A stretch of 62,072 bases of DNA, filler included, from Chiloscyllium plagiosum (GCF_004010195.1; 3 parts of one record of this genome joined end to end with filler, not necessarily neighbours in it); one strand, 5' to 3'; numbered from the whole stretch's first letter, positions 24,895-38,974 are shown. Program-made: numbers and translations. Notes: generated by a model not told the origin, from the sequence alone.

Positions 24895-25790
24895 AATAAG
24901 CAAGTTTGCAGATGACACCAAAATTGGTGGTTAGTGGACAGTGAAGGAGGTTATCTCAGATTACAATGGGACTTTGATCAGGTGGGTAATGGGCCGAGGA
25001 GTGGCAGATGGAGTTTAATTTAGGTAAATGGGAGATGTTGCATTTTGGAAAAGCTGAATCAGGGCATGACTTGTATGCTTAATGGTAAAGTCCCAGGGAG
25101 TTCTGCCAAACAGAGGCAACTTGGGGTGCACGTTCATAGTTCCTTGAAGTTGAAGTCACAGGTTGTCAAGGTTGTGAAAAGGCCATTTGGTACATTTGCC
25201 TTTATTAGTCAGAGCATTGAGTATAAGAGTTGGGATGTCATGCTGTGGCTCTGCAGGACATTGGTCCGGCCACGTTTGGAATACTGGATTCAATTCTGGC
25301 CTCCCTGCTACAGAAAGGACGTTGTTAAACTTGAAAGCGTGCAAAAGAAATTATAAGGCTGTTGCCAGATTTGGAGGCTTTGGACTAAAGGGCGAAGCTG
25401 AATTGGCTGGGGCTATTTTCCCTGGATGGTCAGAGGCTGAAAGGTGACTTATAGAAATTTATAAAATCTGAGGGACATGGATAACGTGAATAGACAAGGG
25501 CTTCTCGCAGGGTAGGGGAATCCAAAATTAGAGGGCATAGGCTTAAGATGAGAGGAGTAAGATATAAAAGGGACCTAAAGACGCAACATTTTCGCACAGA
25601 AGGTGGCAAATGTATGAAATGGTGGAGGCTGGTACAATGACAACATTGAGAAGGTATTCGGATGAGTACATGATAAGGAAGGGTTTAGAGGGATATGGGC
25701 CAAATGGGACTAGATTTATTTAGGATATCTCATCAGCATGGAAAAGTTAGACTGAAGGATTTGTTTCAGTGCTGTACAACTCTGACTCTA
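24895..25790 (+). mobile_element. CR1 LINE, 5'-truncated
   Basis: SKFADDTKIGG, LVRPRLEYWIQFW, KDVVKLESVQK; ends tctgactcta. Confidence 0.85.
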
Positions 25791-25860
25791 GAGTGGGTGG
25801 GATTTGAACCAGGTCACCTGCCTCAGAGGCAGAGACACTACCACTGCACCACAAGGACCC
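25791..25860 (-). mobile_element. tRNA-derived SINE head
   Basis: Minus strand A box tggtgcagtgg and B box ggttcaaatcc; no complete cloverleaf. Confidence 0.55.
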
Positions 25861-26552
25861 TGCTATTCAAATTCTAAAATACAGACCTCAAGCTCTTACA
25901 GCTCTCACAGACATGGTTGTCCTGGGCATGGAAAATATCTTGCAGTTCCAACATGGAAAATGATATACATCCCATGCTTCTAAGATACATCGCTACTGCC
26001 CTTGTTTTGAAATGACTGTTTTATAGGTAGATCAAAACTTAAATGTTTTACTCAACTCTTGTATGTCTCATTAATTTTGGGTTAAGAAATCTTTAACATT
26101 TCCATTCTCCTAGTCAATTTACACGCTATCCTCCATGGATTAATTAAACACAACCATGATAAATGAACAGAATAGCAATTTAATGTATTTTGTGAATTTT
26201 TAAAAAATTGAGTAATTAATCTAGCTAACTTCATAGGTTCTTTAAATCCTTGCCTACATACTTATCCCCATGTGTCTCCTTGTGGCCTGCTGTAGTGAGT
26301 GTTTCAACTTTTCTTCCATGTTGTTCACAGACTCAGCTAGCCCTCCCTTGTTTCCTAATTTCCCTACTTTCTACCATTCTTGATCGTACTAAATATTATC
26401 TGAATGATTACATAATTATGTCAAATCAAATTATATTAAGATTCAAAATACTGAAAATGCAATGTTCAACGGAATAGGACCTAATCTTAGGTGATTTAAG
26501 TAGTGAACTAAAACAGGTATTTTAGAAAGAATAGTCAGTCAATAATAAAGCA

Positions 26553-27056
26553 GCTCAATTGCCCCTCCCTCTCCACCAAGGACATGCAAATCCTGGGCCT
26601 CCTCCACTGCCAAATCCAAGCTACCAGATGCCTGGAAGAAGAATGCCTCATCTTCTACCTTGGAAGCCTCCAACCACACTGTATCAATGTCAATTTCACC
26701 AGTTTCCTCATCTTCCCTCCCCCCACCTAAGCCCAGATCCAACCCATCACCTCAGACTGTCATTTTGAACTGTACTGCTGTCCAGTTTCCTTTTCATCTA
26801 TCTGCTGCACCCTCCTCTCCAACCTATCACAATCACCCCACACCTGCATCTATCCATTGCCTTCCCAGCTACCTTCCCCCAGCCTCATCACCTTATTTAT
26901 CCCTCAGCTTCTACCCCACCCAAACCCCTCCACATTCCTGATAAAGAGCTTATGCCTGAAACATCGACGCTCCTGCTCTTCAGATGCTGCCTGACCTGCT
27001 GTGCTTTTCTAGTGGCACACTTTGATCTCCAGTATCTGCAGTCCTCACTTTCTCCA
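26553..27056 (+). mobile_element. PLE 3' fragment with a mutated hammerhead motif
   Basis: DMQILGLLHC...LEEECLIFYLGSLQP; CTGATAA...GAAAC at about 26938-26963. Confidence 0.75.
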
Positions 27057-30000
27057 AGAACAAAGTAGTAGTGGGACAACAGAGGGCATGCAGGGAAGAA
27101 ACAAAATAGATGTGCACCTTTGAACAGAAAAGGAGACCAGCCAATTCCTATGCTGTCTGGGTGACAATGGAAATAAAAAATAAGAAAGGAGTCTTTTAAC
27201 ATATCAAGGGGAAGGTTTAGTTTTTTTTTTATAGATGTGGACTTGCATTGTTTGTAAAGCCAACTTTTATTGCCCATCCTTACCTGCATTTGCCAGTGAA
27301 CTGCCTTCTTGAATTGTTGCAATCCATGTGCTGTAGAAGGAAGTTATAGCATGTTTACCCAGTGACAATAAAGCAGCAGCAATACAGTTGCAACTCAGGA
27401 TGGCAGGTGACTTGGAGAGCAACTTGCAGGATGCGATTGTCCCATCCATCTGCTGCTTTTGCCCTTCATGATGGAAGTTATTGTAGGTTTAGAAGGTACT
27501 GTCAAAGGTGATTGGTAAGGTGCTGCAGTGTGTCTTGTGGATGGTACACACTGCTTCCACTATGCATTGTAGGTGGCTGGAATAAACATTGAAGGTGGGA
27601 GATAGATTGTCAAACAATCAAGCTACCCCGACTTGGATAATATCAGTCTAGGAGAACTGAAGCTACTCATTCAGGCATGTAGGATATACCATCACCCATT
27701 TGTTTTGTGCCAGTATTTACTTGACTGGTGCAGCTCAGTTTCATCAGTAGTAATCTTCAGGATTGATGTTGCCAATAAATATCATGGACAAGATGGTTAG
27801 ACTCTCACTTATTGGAGATTGTTGGTGCCTGTCATAAATCAGGCCAAGCTCAAATTTTTTTCAGGTCATGTTACATATTAGCCCAAACTGTTTCACTAAT
27901 GGAGGAATTGTGAATGGTGTGCAATATTGTACAGTCAGCAACAAACACTCCACTTCTGATTATATGATGGAGAGAAGATCATTGATAGAGCAGTTAAGAT
28001 GTTTACACATTGGATACAACCTTAAGAACCATGAGATTCATGGAAGTTTGGATCCAAAATTAGCTTTTTGGCAAGAGGCAGGTGGTGATGGTTTGAGAGA
28101 GCTTGTGACTGGAAGCTTACATCCAATGGTGAACTATAGTATTCGGTGTTGGGTTTCATGCAGTTTATTGTGTACATTAATGATCCAGACAAAGGGAGGA
28201 GGAACATCAGTAACTGGTAATCAGGCAATTTGGAATTGATTACTTAAGAGTTATAGATGAAGAATTTTGAGAAGATTGACAAGGCAAGGGAATGCATGTT
28301 GAATAATAGGATCAAGAATTTTTAAAAGGGTCAGAGGAATTTGATATGCACATCCATTGATCAGGAGGTAGAGAAGTCAACATTTCAGGTATAACCAGCC
28401 CTGAAGAAGAAATATACCCAAAACATTGACTTCGCCATCTCCTGATGCTGCCTGGCGCGCTGTGTTCCTCCAGCCTCCTGCTTGTCTACTTTGGATTTTA
28501 GCATCTGCAGTTTTTTTTGTCTCTAACATTGATCCTTGAAGGCAGCAGGACAGGTAGATAAGTTAAGAAGGCATATGAGATATTCGCTTTACTGAGTTAA
28601 GACACGGCATATGTGAAGAAAGAGATTATAAAGTGGCATTATAATATTAACTATATTACAGTTAGAGTCACCATAAAATATGAAGGACATGATTGTACAA
28701 GAAAGGCTGCAGAAGAGATTTACCAGGATGTTGCCTGAGCTGGAGCAATTCAACTATGAAGAGAGTCCAGTTAGGCTGAGATGGTTTTCCTTAGAGAAGA
28801 TTCAGTGGTAATCTGGTTGATGTGTCCAAAGTTATGGAGGGACATAGATAGGGAGAAATCTTAGAAGAGGGGTCAACAACCAAGGGACACATTTTAAGGG
28901 AAGGAACAGAAGGTTGAGGGGGGCTCATATGGGTTTTTTTTTGGGGGGGGGAGAACTAAAAAGTCCACGGGATTACACTTGGAAAACTGCACCTAAGAGT
29001 GCGTTAGAGGTGGGAAAGATGCACAATTGATATGCCATTGCATACAAGACCATAGACGATGAGCTGGAAAATGGGATTAGAATAGATGCTTATTGACAAG
29101 AATATAGATGATGGGCTGAAAGGCTTCTTTCCACAGGTGTAAATTTCTATGTTACAGAAAACATTTACCGGAATGTTACCAAAGGAGAGAAACTTCAGTT
29201 GAGGTTGGAAAAGTTAGGACTATTCACCTTGTGTCATAATAGAAGTTCAAACTTATTGGTAAAAGAACTAAAGGGAATATGAATTTTTTTAAAAAATTAT
29301 ACACCCAGTTGCTTGAATCTAGAAATTTCTGCCAGAAACAGTGGCAGATGTGAATTGTCTAAGTAATTTCAGAAGGGGTTGGGACAGGTTCTTGAGCATT
29401 AGCAGCAAATAGGATGATGATGGCCGAAGGAAGAATGGGGCACCAGAAACAACTGCTCAATGATGAAAAGTTAACTGTTCTTAGAACATAGAAAAATACA
29501 GCGCAGTACAGGCCCTTTGGCCCTCGATGTTGCGCCGATCAACTTGCTTGGTGTTATAAGTTTTTATTATTCTATAATTATGGAGACTGGTCAGAAATAA
29601 GTGACAAGTTAGACATCTAAAACTATAAATGCTGAATCACTTTGAAGGTGATTCTCAGCATTTAATAAGTAATTTCCAGTCAAACAGCATGATGCATGAA
29701 AGAAAATAAAAAAGGCCCTTTTCAGTCAACGTTTCAGTCATCATCTTTTTAGTGAACCTATTGAAAGAAACAATTTATAATTTACATAACACCTTTATCA
29801 TAACAAAACCTCCAAAATCACTTCATAAGCATTTTAGAAAACAGCACCTGACGCAACCACACAAGGAAATATTAAGCCTTCTGAACAAAGCCTTCATCAT
29901 CCATACAGTTTGAAAGGAGCATCTTACAGGTGAAAATAGGTCAAGAGGGGTATAGAGGGGGAAAAAAGGTTAGGCAAACACCAAAGGCCTGAACAATACC

Positions 30001-31105
30001 GCTGTAACAATTAAAATCATGGATGCTCAGCAGACCATTTAGATGCGTATAGATAGCGAAGGATCCGGAGGCTACAGGAAATTTAAAAAATAGGTAAACA
30101 AGTTGTCCACAGACAAATTTAAAACAAGGTTAACTGGATCCAAGAGGCAGCAGATTAAGGCACTCAAGCTGGAGCTCCTCTGCTCCGCCTGTTCTTTTTC
30201 TTTCATTCCCCTCGAATGAAGGAGCGGGTCGGTCCCGGAGCAGTGGCTGGCACGGGGAAGTGAGTCCCAGAGAAAACGTATCAAGGAGCAGCTGGGAGCC
30301 GGTGCAGAGTGGACTGGAGGCTTCGAGCAGGGACAGTTGTTGGACTGGGGCCTGGCATGGGTGGTCAGACCGCATGGAGAAGCCCTTGCACTCAGCAACT
30401 TCAAAGTAGTGTTTTATGGACATTTAAAAAAAAATGTAACTATGTCTTTTCTTTAAGCACTGCAAAGAAATGTGTTACAACAGCTAGAAACCCTTCTACT
30501 ATTTAACCAAACACACAGAAAAGCTCACCTCGCACTGGTAATCTGTTAAAGTGTGTGTGACAGAGAACTACCCAAATTCCACTATTTAACAAAATAAATG
30601 TCAATTTTATGCTTTAACTAAGTGCACATTAAACAAATGGCTATTTACAACTCGATGCCTCCTTTCTCAAAGGTTTGTTATCTACCACCTACTCTATAAC
30701 AATATACTGTTCCAATAAGGCCCCTATTAAATTTATCACAACTCTATTTTCAAAACCAGAGAATGGCAGTCATGTCAGGTGTTGATCTTCCTCTGTTTGT
30801 AGATCTCCCTGGGCTGTCTTCCATCTTCTGCTGCACAGACTTTTCATATGAAAAAGTACCTTCAATAGTGTGTTTTCATGCAGTCTATTTGACAATGGCA
30901 GATGGTGCTATTTCTAGCTAACTGCCCAAAATGCTTGCTTCCTATAGCCCAAACATCAGATCGTCTCAATGGTTTGATGTTGTCATAACATTAAAATTCA
31001 AATTTGATTGGGTTTTAGTATCTTGGGGCATAATTTAAACTGATTGGTTTAATTTGAACTGCTGTGCAAACAACTGGTATCTAGGTTACAGTCAAAATGT
31101 TAGAG

Positions 31106-31805
31106 TGTGAAAATAGATAAGTGCCCTGGGCCGGATGGCATTTATCAGAGGATCGTCTGGGAAGCCAGAGAGGAGATTGCCGTGCCTTTGGCATTGAACT
31201 TGAAATTGTCATTGTCTACAGGAATAGTGCCAGAAGACTGGAAGATAGCAAATGTGGTTCCCCTGTTCAAGAAGGGGAATGGAGACAATCCTGGTAATTA
31301 TAGACCAGTGAGCCTTACTTCAGTTGTTGGTAAAGTGTTGGAAAAGGTTATAAGAGATAGGATTTATAAACATCTAGAAAAGAATAATTTGATTAGGGAT
31401 AGTCAGCACGGTTTTGTGAAGGGTAGGTCGTGCCTCACAATCCTTATGTAGTTCGAAAAGGTGACCAAACAGGTAGATGAGAGTAAACTGGTTGATGTGG
31501 TGTATATGGATTTCAGCAAGGCATTCAATAAGGTTCCCCACAGTNNNNNNNNNNNNNNNNNNNNNNNNNNNNNNNNNNNNNNNNNNNNTTAATTAATTAA
31601 NNNNNNNNNNNNNNNNNNNNNNNNNNNNNNNNNNNNNNNNNNNNGCGCTGCCTGTGGTAGTGGTAGAGTCAGAATCTTTGGTGACCTTTAAGCGGCAATT
31701 GGATAGGTACATGGATGGGTGCTTAAGCTAGGACAAATGTTCGGCACAACATCGTGGGCCGAAGGGCCTGTTCTGTGCTGTATTGTTCTATGTTCTATGT
31801 TCTAT
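31106..31805 (+). mobile_element. CR1 LINE pieces on both sides of an assembly gap
   Basis: PGPDGIY...WKIANVVPLFKKG...NYRPVSLTSVVGK...QHGFVKGRSCLT; (ttctatg)n tail at about 31785-31805. Confidence 0.85.
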
Positions 31806-33120
31806 CTTTTAATATGCTCCATTCAAAGCACAGTCCAGACTTTTCCAACTTGTTCTATTACTGAAGTTCCTTAGTCCTGGTAATGTTCTGGTATATCTCC
31901 TCTTTACACTTTCTGTGGCCGATATATATTTACTTAAAAATGCTTACATTATTCCAGTTGAGTTCTAGAATCATCCCATTGCTTTTATCTGTTATTCCTC
32001 ACATTATAAACCCAAGTAATCCTCATGCTGTTCTGATCATATCATTTATCTTCAAGATTTTGCAAATTGGTCACCAAGATCTCAAGACTCATCTAAAGTT
32101 TCTAAAACCATGTCATTTGCAGTATGAAATCTCTCAATATTAGTCACTTCAAACTACATCCCTTCACATTTTCTGACAATGAATTCCATCCGCCATGCTT
32201 TCTCCTACTTTACTAGCCTTTCATGTCATTCTGAAGTTTATTAATACCATCACCACTATCGACAGCTTTTGTTTTGCATCATCTTCAAACTTTATAATGT
32301 TGTTGCCTTCTATAATTTGTCTCATTGCACATGAAAATTCAATAAAGATTAACTAGCATTTGCCTAACCAGGCAAAATGCTATAATAGATTAGAAATCCT
32401 TTTCCACGTCTGTTTATCAACATCTATTGAAGTAAATTCCATGCCCTTGTCTTGCCCTTGTAACAGTTTCACCCTTCTTCTTATCCAATGCAAATGCTTC
32501 CTGTTTCAACTGCCTTATTTAAAAACTGCATGAAGACAAGAAAAAAGGCAGCAGGCTCTCTTTTCACTGTTACTGTGTAGCAAATGTTTCCTTCTTACAA
32601 TGTGGAATAAAGTAAAAGTCAAGGTGCCATAGTCTCACCAGACTATTGGACAGCTCTCATTTGGGAGAGTTGACTGATAATTTAACCTGAGGGTCACCAT
32701 GCCTTAGGTGGGAGGAGACGTTGAGAGGGAAAATCCTTCGTGGTAACCTCAGCCTGTAGAATAGAATATCCTTTATTGTCACTTGTACACCAGTACAGAA
32801 GTACAGGAGAGAAAAGTTTTTACAATGGCTGCCTCTAATGGTGCCATATTAGATAAAGTACCTAGGTAAAAATCTTGAATGCAAAAGAGGAATAAAAGGA
32901 AAAGTAGCAACATTACATACAGCGTCTAAAAATTATGTTAGAAATAAGACAGTTATAACATAGTTAAAGGATTGACATACAGTCCAGTAAAGAATTTCCA
33001 ATTGCAGCAGCACAGCAGTGGTCTGACTGCCCGTACCAAGCCACAGCCCAACAACTGTCCCCCACTCCACTCCGAGCTTCAGTCTGCTCCGCACTGGCAC
33101 TCAACTACACCAAGGTAAGT

Positions 33121-34958
33121 TGCATTGCTCTGGAACTCATTTCCCCTCACAATGCACCACGACTTGTTTCCCCTCACACTGCTCCAGGACTCATTTCCCC
33201 TCATATTACACTGGGACTCGTTTCCCCTCAAACTGCTCCAGGACTCGTTTCCCCTCATACTACACTGGGACTCGTTTCCCCTCACACTGCACCGGGACTC
33301 GTTTTCCCTCACACTGCTCCAGGACTCATTTCCCCTCATACTACACTGGGACTTGTTTCCCCTCACACTGCTCCAGGACTCATTTCCCCTCATACTACGC
33401 TGGGACTCGTTTCCCCTCACACTGCACCAGGACCCACTTTCCCTCGCACTGCTCCAGAACTCGTTTCCCCTCACACTGCTCCAGGACTCGCTTCATCCAG
33501 CGCTGCTCAAAGACTACTTACCCATGCGCTGCTCCAGGACTCACTTCCCCTCACACTACACTGGGACTTGCTTCCCCTCACACTGCTGCAGGACTCACTT
33601 CCTCTTGCACTGCTCCAGGACTTGTTTCCCCTCGTGCTGTTCCAGGACTCATTTCCCCTCACAGTGCACCGGGATTCATTTCTCCTCGCATTGCACTGGG
33701 ACTCGCTTCCCCTTGCGTTACTCCAGGACTCATTTCCCTTCTCGCTGCTCCAGGACTCGGTTCCCGTCACACAGCACCAGGATTCACTTCCCCTCGCATT
33801 GCACCAGAACTTGCTTTCCTTCGCGCTGCTTCAGGACTCGTTTCCCCGTGTGCTGCTTCAGGACTCGTTTCCCCGTGTGCTGCTCCAGGACTCGTTTCCC
33901 CGTGTGCTGCTTCAGGACTCGTTTCCCCGTGTGTTGCTTCAGGACTCGTTTCCCCGTGTGCTGCTTCAGGACTCGTTCCCCGCGTGCTGCTCCAGGACTT
34001 GTTTTCCCTCACACTGCACCGGGATTCACTTTCCCTCGCATTGCACCGGGATTCATTTTCCCTCACGCTGTTCCAGAACTCGTTTCCCCTCACACAGCAC
34101 CAGGATTCACTTCCCCTCGCATTGCACTGGAACTTGCTTTCCCTCGCGCCACTTCAGGACTCATTTCCCCGTGTGCTGCTCCAGGACTTGTTTTCCCTCA
34201 CACTGCACCGGGACTCACTTCCCCTTGCATTGCATTGGAATTCACTTTCCCTCGCGCTGCTCCAGAACTTGTTTCCCCTCACACTGCTTCGGGACTTGCT
34301 TTCCCTTGCACTGCTTTGGGACTTGCTTCATCTAGCGCTGCTCAGAGACTACTTGCCCATGTGCTGCTCCAGTACTCGCTTCCTCTTGCACTGCTCCAGG
34401 ACTCGTTTCCCCTTGTGCTGTTCCAGGACTCATTTCCCCCCTCACTGCACCAGGACTCATTTCTCCTTGCATTGCGCTACTCCAGAACTCATTTCCCCCT
34501 TGTGCTACTTCAGGACTCACTTCCCTCGCACTGGTCCAGGACTCGCTTCATCTAGCGCTGCTCAGAGACTATTTGTCCACGTGCTGCTCTAGGACTCACT
34601 TCCCCTCACACTACACTGGGACTTGCTTCCCCTCGCACTGCACCAGGCTTCGCTCTTCATCTCGCACTGCTCCAGGACTCACTTCCTCTTGCACTGCTCC
34701 AGGACTCACTTCCCCTCGCGCTGCACCAGGACTCGCTTTCTCTGGCACTGCTCTGGGACTTGCTTCATCTCGCGCTGCTCAGGGACTACTTGCCCACACA
34801 TTGCTCCAGGACTCGTTTCCCCTCCAACTACAATGGGACTCACTTCCCCTTGTACTGCTTCAGGACTCGCTTCCTCTTGCGCTACTCCAGGACTTGTTTC
34901 ATCTCATGCTGCTCAGGGACTACTTGCCCATTCACTGCTCCAGGATTTGTTTCCCCTT
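33121..34958. repeat. 27-bp minisatellite, about 68 degenerate units
   Basis: Consensus approximately CTGCTCCAGGACTCGTTTCCCCTCACA; 9-aa periodicity in the ORF track (HCSRTRFPS, LLQDSFPLT, APGLVSPRT). Confidence 0.95.
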
Positions 34959-36589
34959 TGTGTAGCAGGGAATTCAACCTATATCTGTACATTGCAAACC
35001 AGCTGTCCAGTTAACTGAGCAAATCAATGCCCAATGTGGAATATTGTAGATATCAGTGTTTAAATTGGCCTTTGAGGCATCCCTCCAAAAGTTGGGGTCA
35101 ACTAATACACTCAGTAAAGACCTGATTCACTGGCATGGATGTGGGTGCTAGTAATTTTGTTGTTCAGAACGTAGAATCTGCTATGGTGTGCGTGTGCCTT
35201 AACCTCCTGAGCATCTTCACAATACAGCCTGCATTGCTTTTTTTATTCATTCATGGACTGTGGACATCACTGGCCAAGCCACTATTTATTGCCCATCCCT
35301 AATTGCCCAGAGAATCAATCACATTGCCGTGGGTGTAGGTCAAACTGTGTATGGATGGTAGATTTCCTCTCTAAAGGACATTGATGAACTCGATGGGTTT
35401 TTCTGACAATCAGCAGAGTTTCATAGCCAACATTAAATGCAACCCCAGATTTAATATTCATTGCAACCCCCAGATGCTTTGCGTGCATGATCCCTTGTTC
35501 CTAGTTACAACGCACCAGTAAATAAAAAATTCTTAGGTTGTTTGAAGAATTTTGGCTGACCACTAATGTAAGTACAGTATGTTGTGGCTGAAAAAGAGTA
35601 TGGGATGAATGTAAAATTATATGCCAAATATATGCAAAAACATGATTTTTGGGGTTGAGAAAATAGAGTAATTGTTTTGCTGCATCAACATATGTGTTGC
35701 AATCTATTGTAATCATGGAAATGAATGTGACCTTAAACTTTTATGAATAAATAACTTCATACATAGAGCAAATAGTTTGTTGTCACGCTGATAACAGAAT
35801 TTTTGTGGCTGAAACATTTTATTGTAGATAATTGTACTTATCCAGTAAATTATGTTACACACAAAGCATGGAGAGGTTTGAGCTTTTATCATGCAATATC
35901 AGGGCAGATAAATCCCTTGCCGTTTGTCACAAGGCATGAAATAAAGCGAAGAGCTGCAACTAACCTGTCAATAAATGAAGCAGTCACATCCAAGAGTTAT
36001 CTGTGGCTGCAATAATAAGGTTAAAATATGGACTAAAACTCAAAACTTATTATAAAAGACTTTTTGTTCTTCAAATATGCAATGAATAATTTGTAGAAAT
36101 AGGGAAAGTCCATCGAAGACCACAAAAGATTTGACAGTGTAACGAAACCAGACATTGTTGACTAATAAAAGAGAAACTACAAGTTATCATCTGAAACTTG
36201 AATTGTTTCACAATTTAGGCACAAATGTATCATTCTTCCTGCAGGCAACCAAAACTGTCACAAAGATTCCACATAAAACTAATACAGGGAGTGTCTATTT
36301 ATTGCATAAAGCATGCATATCTATTCTATTATAACTTCAATGACTTGGTTGAAAGAAATCAATATTCGCTAAATATACAATGGAACCTTAATGAGACACC
36401 TGGGATGCTATTTTGCACTGAGATCATAACGGTACATTTACAGTGTTGCTTCAATGTTGACACAGGAGCAGAGGAAGGACATTCAGTCCATTGAGTTTGC
36501 TCCATCATTCAATGAGATCACGACTGATTTGATAAGCCTCAGCTTCACTCTCCTGCTTTTTCCTCAGTCTCTTGTAGGTCCTTCAACAT

Positions 36590-38889
36590 ACTACCTTCTC
36601 TAGTAGGTACAGCCACATACTGAATCAGAAAATTTTCTTGTACACACTTAAATTCCTCTCCATCTAAACTCTTAACACTATGGCAGTCCCAGTCTATGTT
36701 TAGAAAGTGAAAATCCCCTATCATAACCACTCTATAATTCTTACAGATAACTGAAATCTCTTTACAAATTTGTTTCTCAATTTCCCGCTGACTATTAGGG
36801 GAGAAGATTTGGTTAAGATAAAGAAGGAAGCATATGTCAGGTATAGACAGGATAGATCGAGTGAATCCTTATAAGAGTATAAAGGCAGTAGGAGTATTCT
36901 TAAGGGGGAAATCAGGAGGGCAAAAAGGGGACATGAGATAGCTTTGGCAAATAGGGTTAAGGAGAATCTAAAGGGCTTCTCCTTAATACATTAAGGACAA
37001 ATGGGTAACTGGGGAGAGAATAGGGCCCCTCAGAGATCAGCAAGGCAGCCTTTGTCTGGAGCCACAGGAGATGGGCGAGATACTAAATGAGTATTTTGCA
37101 TCAGTGTTTACTGTGGAAAAGGAGATGAAAGATATAGAATGTAGGGAAATAGATGGTAACATCTTGAAAAATGTCCATATTAAAGAGGAGGAAGTGCTAG
37201 ATGTCTTGAAACACAGGAAAGTGGATAAATCCCCAGGACCTGATCAGGTGTACCCTAGAACTCTGTGGGAAGCTGGGGAAGTGATTGCTGGGCCTCTTGC
37301 TGAGATATCTTTATCATTGATAGTCATAGGTGAGGTGTGGAAAGGCTGGAGGTTGGCTAATATGGTGCCACTATTTAAGAAAGATGTTCAGGAAAAGCCA
37401 GGGAATTATAGACCAGTGAGCCTGAAGTTGGTGGTAGGCAAGTTGATGGAGGGAATCCTGAGGGACAGGATGTACATGTATTTGAAAGGCAAGGACTTTC
37501 AGCGTGGGAAGTCACGTTTCACAAACTTGATTGAGTATTTTGAAGAAGTAACAAAGAGGATTGATGAAGGCAGAGCAATAGATGTGATCTACATGGACTT
37601 CAGTAAGGTATTCGACAAGGTTCCTCATGGGAGACTGGTTAGCAAGGTTACATCTCATGGAATACAGGGAGAACTAGCAATTGGGATACAGAACCAGCTC
37701 AAAGGTGGAAGACCAGTGGTGTGCCATAAGGATCGGTGCTGGGTCCACTACTTTCCATCATTTATATAAATGATTTGGCTATGAGGTATAGTTAGTAAGT
37801 TTGCAGATGACACCAAATTTGGCGGGGTAGTGGACAGTGAAGAAGGTTACCTCAGATTACAATGGGATCTTGATCAGATGGGCCAATGGGCTGAGGAGTG
37901 GCAGATGGAATTTACTTAGATAAATGTGAGATGCTGCATTTTGGGAAAACAAATCTTAGCAGGGCTCATACACTTAATGGTAAGGTCCTCGGGAGTGTTA
38001 CTTGGAGTGCAGGTTCATAGCTCCGTGAAAGTAGAATCACAGTTAGATAGGATAGTGAAGAAGATGTTTGGTATGCTTTCCTTTATTGATTAGAGTAATG
38101 AGTATAGGAGTTGGGAGATCATGTTGCAGCTGTACAGGATTTGTTTCGGCCATTTTTGGAATATTGTGTTCAATTCTGGTCTCCTTCTTATTGGAAAGAT
38201 GTTGTGAAACTTGAAAGGCTTCAGAAAAGCTTTACAAGGATGTTGCCAGGGTTGGAGGATTTGAGCTATATGGAGAGGCTGAACAGGCTGGCGCTGTTTT
38301 CGCGACAGCACCGGAGGCTGAGGGGTGACCTTACAGAGCTCAATAAAATCATGAGGGGCATAGATAGGGTAAATAGACACGGTCTTTTCCATGGGATGGG
38401 TAAGTCCAGAACTCGGTTTAGGGTGAGAGGGGAACGATATAAAAGAGACCTAAGGGACAACTTTTTCATGCAGATGGTGGTTCGTGTATGGAATGAGCTG
38501 CCAGAGGAAGTGGTGGAGGCTGGTACAGTTGCAACATTTAAAAAGCATCTGGATGGGTAAATGAATAGGAAGGATTTGGAGGGATATGGGCTGGGTACTG
38601 GCATGTGGGACTAGATTTGGGTGGGATATCTGGTGGGCATGGACAAGTTGGACTGAAGGATCTATTTGGAGAAAGTGAGGACTGCAGATGCTGGAGATCA
38701 GAGCTGAAAAATGTGTTGCTGGAAAAGCGCAGCAGGTCAGGCAGTATCCAAGGAGCAGGAGAATCGACGTTTCGGGCATAAGCCCTTCTTCAGGAAAGCC
38801 CTTCCTGAAGATGGGCTTATGCCCGAAATGTCGATTCTCCTGCTCCAGGGAAGGATCTATTTCCATGCTGTACATCTCTATGACTCTAA
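36590..38889 (+). mobile_element. CR1 LINE with an inverted 5' segment and a PLE-derived insert in its tail
   Basis: About 36590-36800 encodes endonuclease (IGDFHFLNIDWD...QYVAVPTREG) on the minus strand; from about 36800 the plus strand encodes RT (NYRPVS, DFSKVFDKVPH, KFADDT) through the ctctatgactcta tail. Confidence 0.85.
38668..38849. mobile_element. Palindromic PLE-derived insertion with two opposed hammerhead motifs and a 13-bp TSD
   Basis: TSD gaaggatctattt at 38655-38667 and 38850-38862; inverted arms about 38752-38796 and 38802-38846. Confidence 0.85.
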
Positions 38890-38974
38890 AGGTTTTCACA
38901 TATTCAAAAGATATTTAAATAGGTTAACACAACACAATCACTGATTCTTTCTCCTGTCTGAAATACATGTTATT

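Noticed and set aside
31545..31644. TTAATTAATTAA centred in an N run (again at 58124-58135)
   Set aside because: The same palindrome, with stops in all six frames, sits in the middle of two 100-bp gaps: an assembly spacer, not biology.
33120..34592. 490-aa and 476-aa ORFs as protein-coding genes
   Set aside because: They follow from a stop-free 27-bp unit, start at TTG, switch repeat frame internally and lack gene context.
33121..34958. CRISPR-like array
   Set aside because: Units are head-to-tail with no unique spacers, there are no cas genes, and the DNA is vertebrate.
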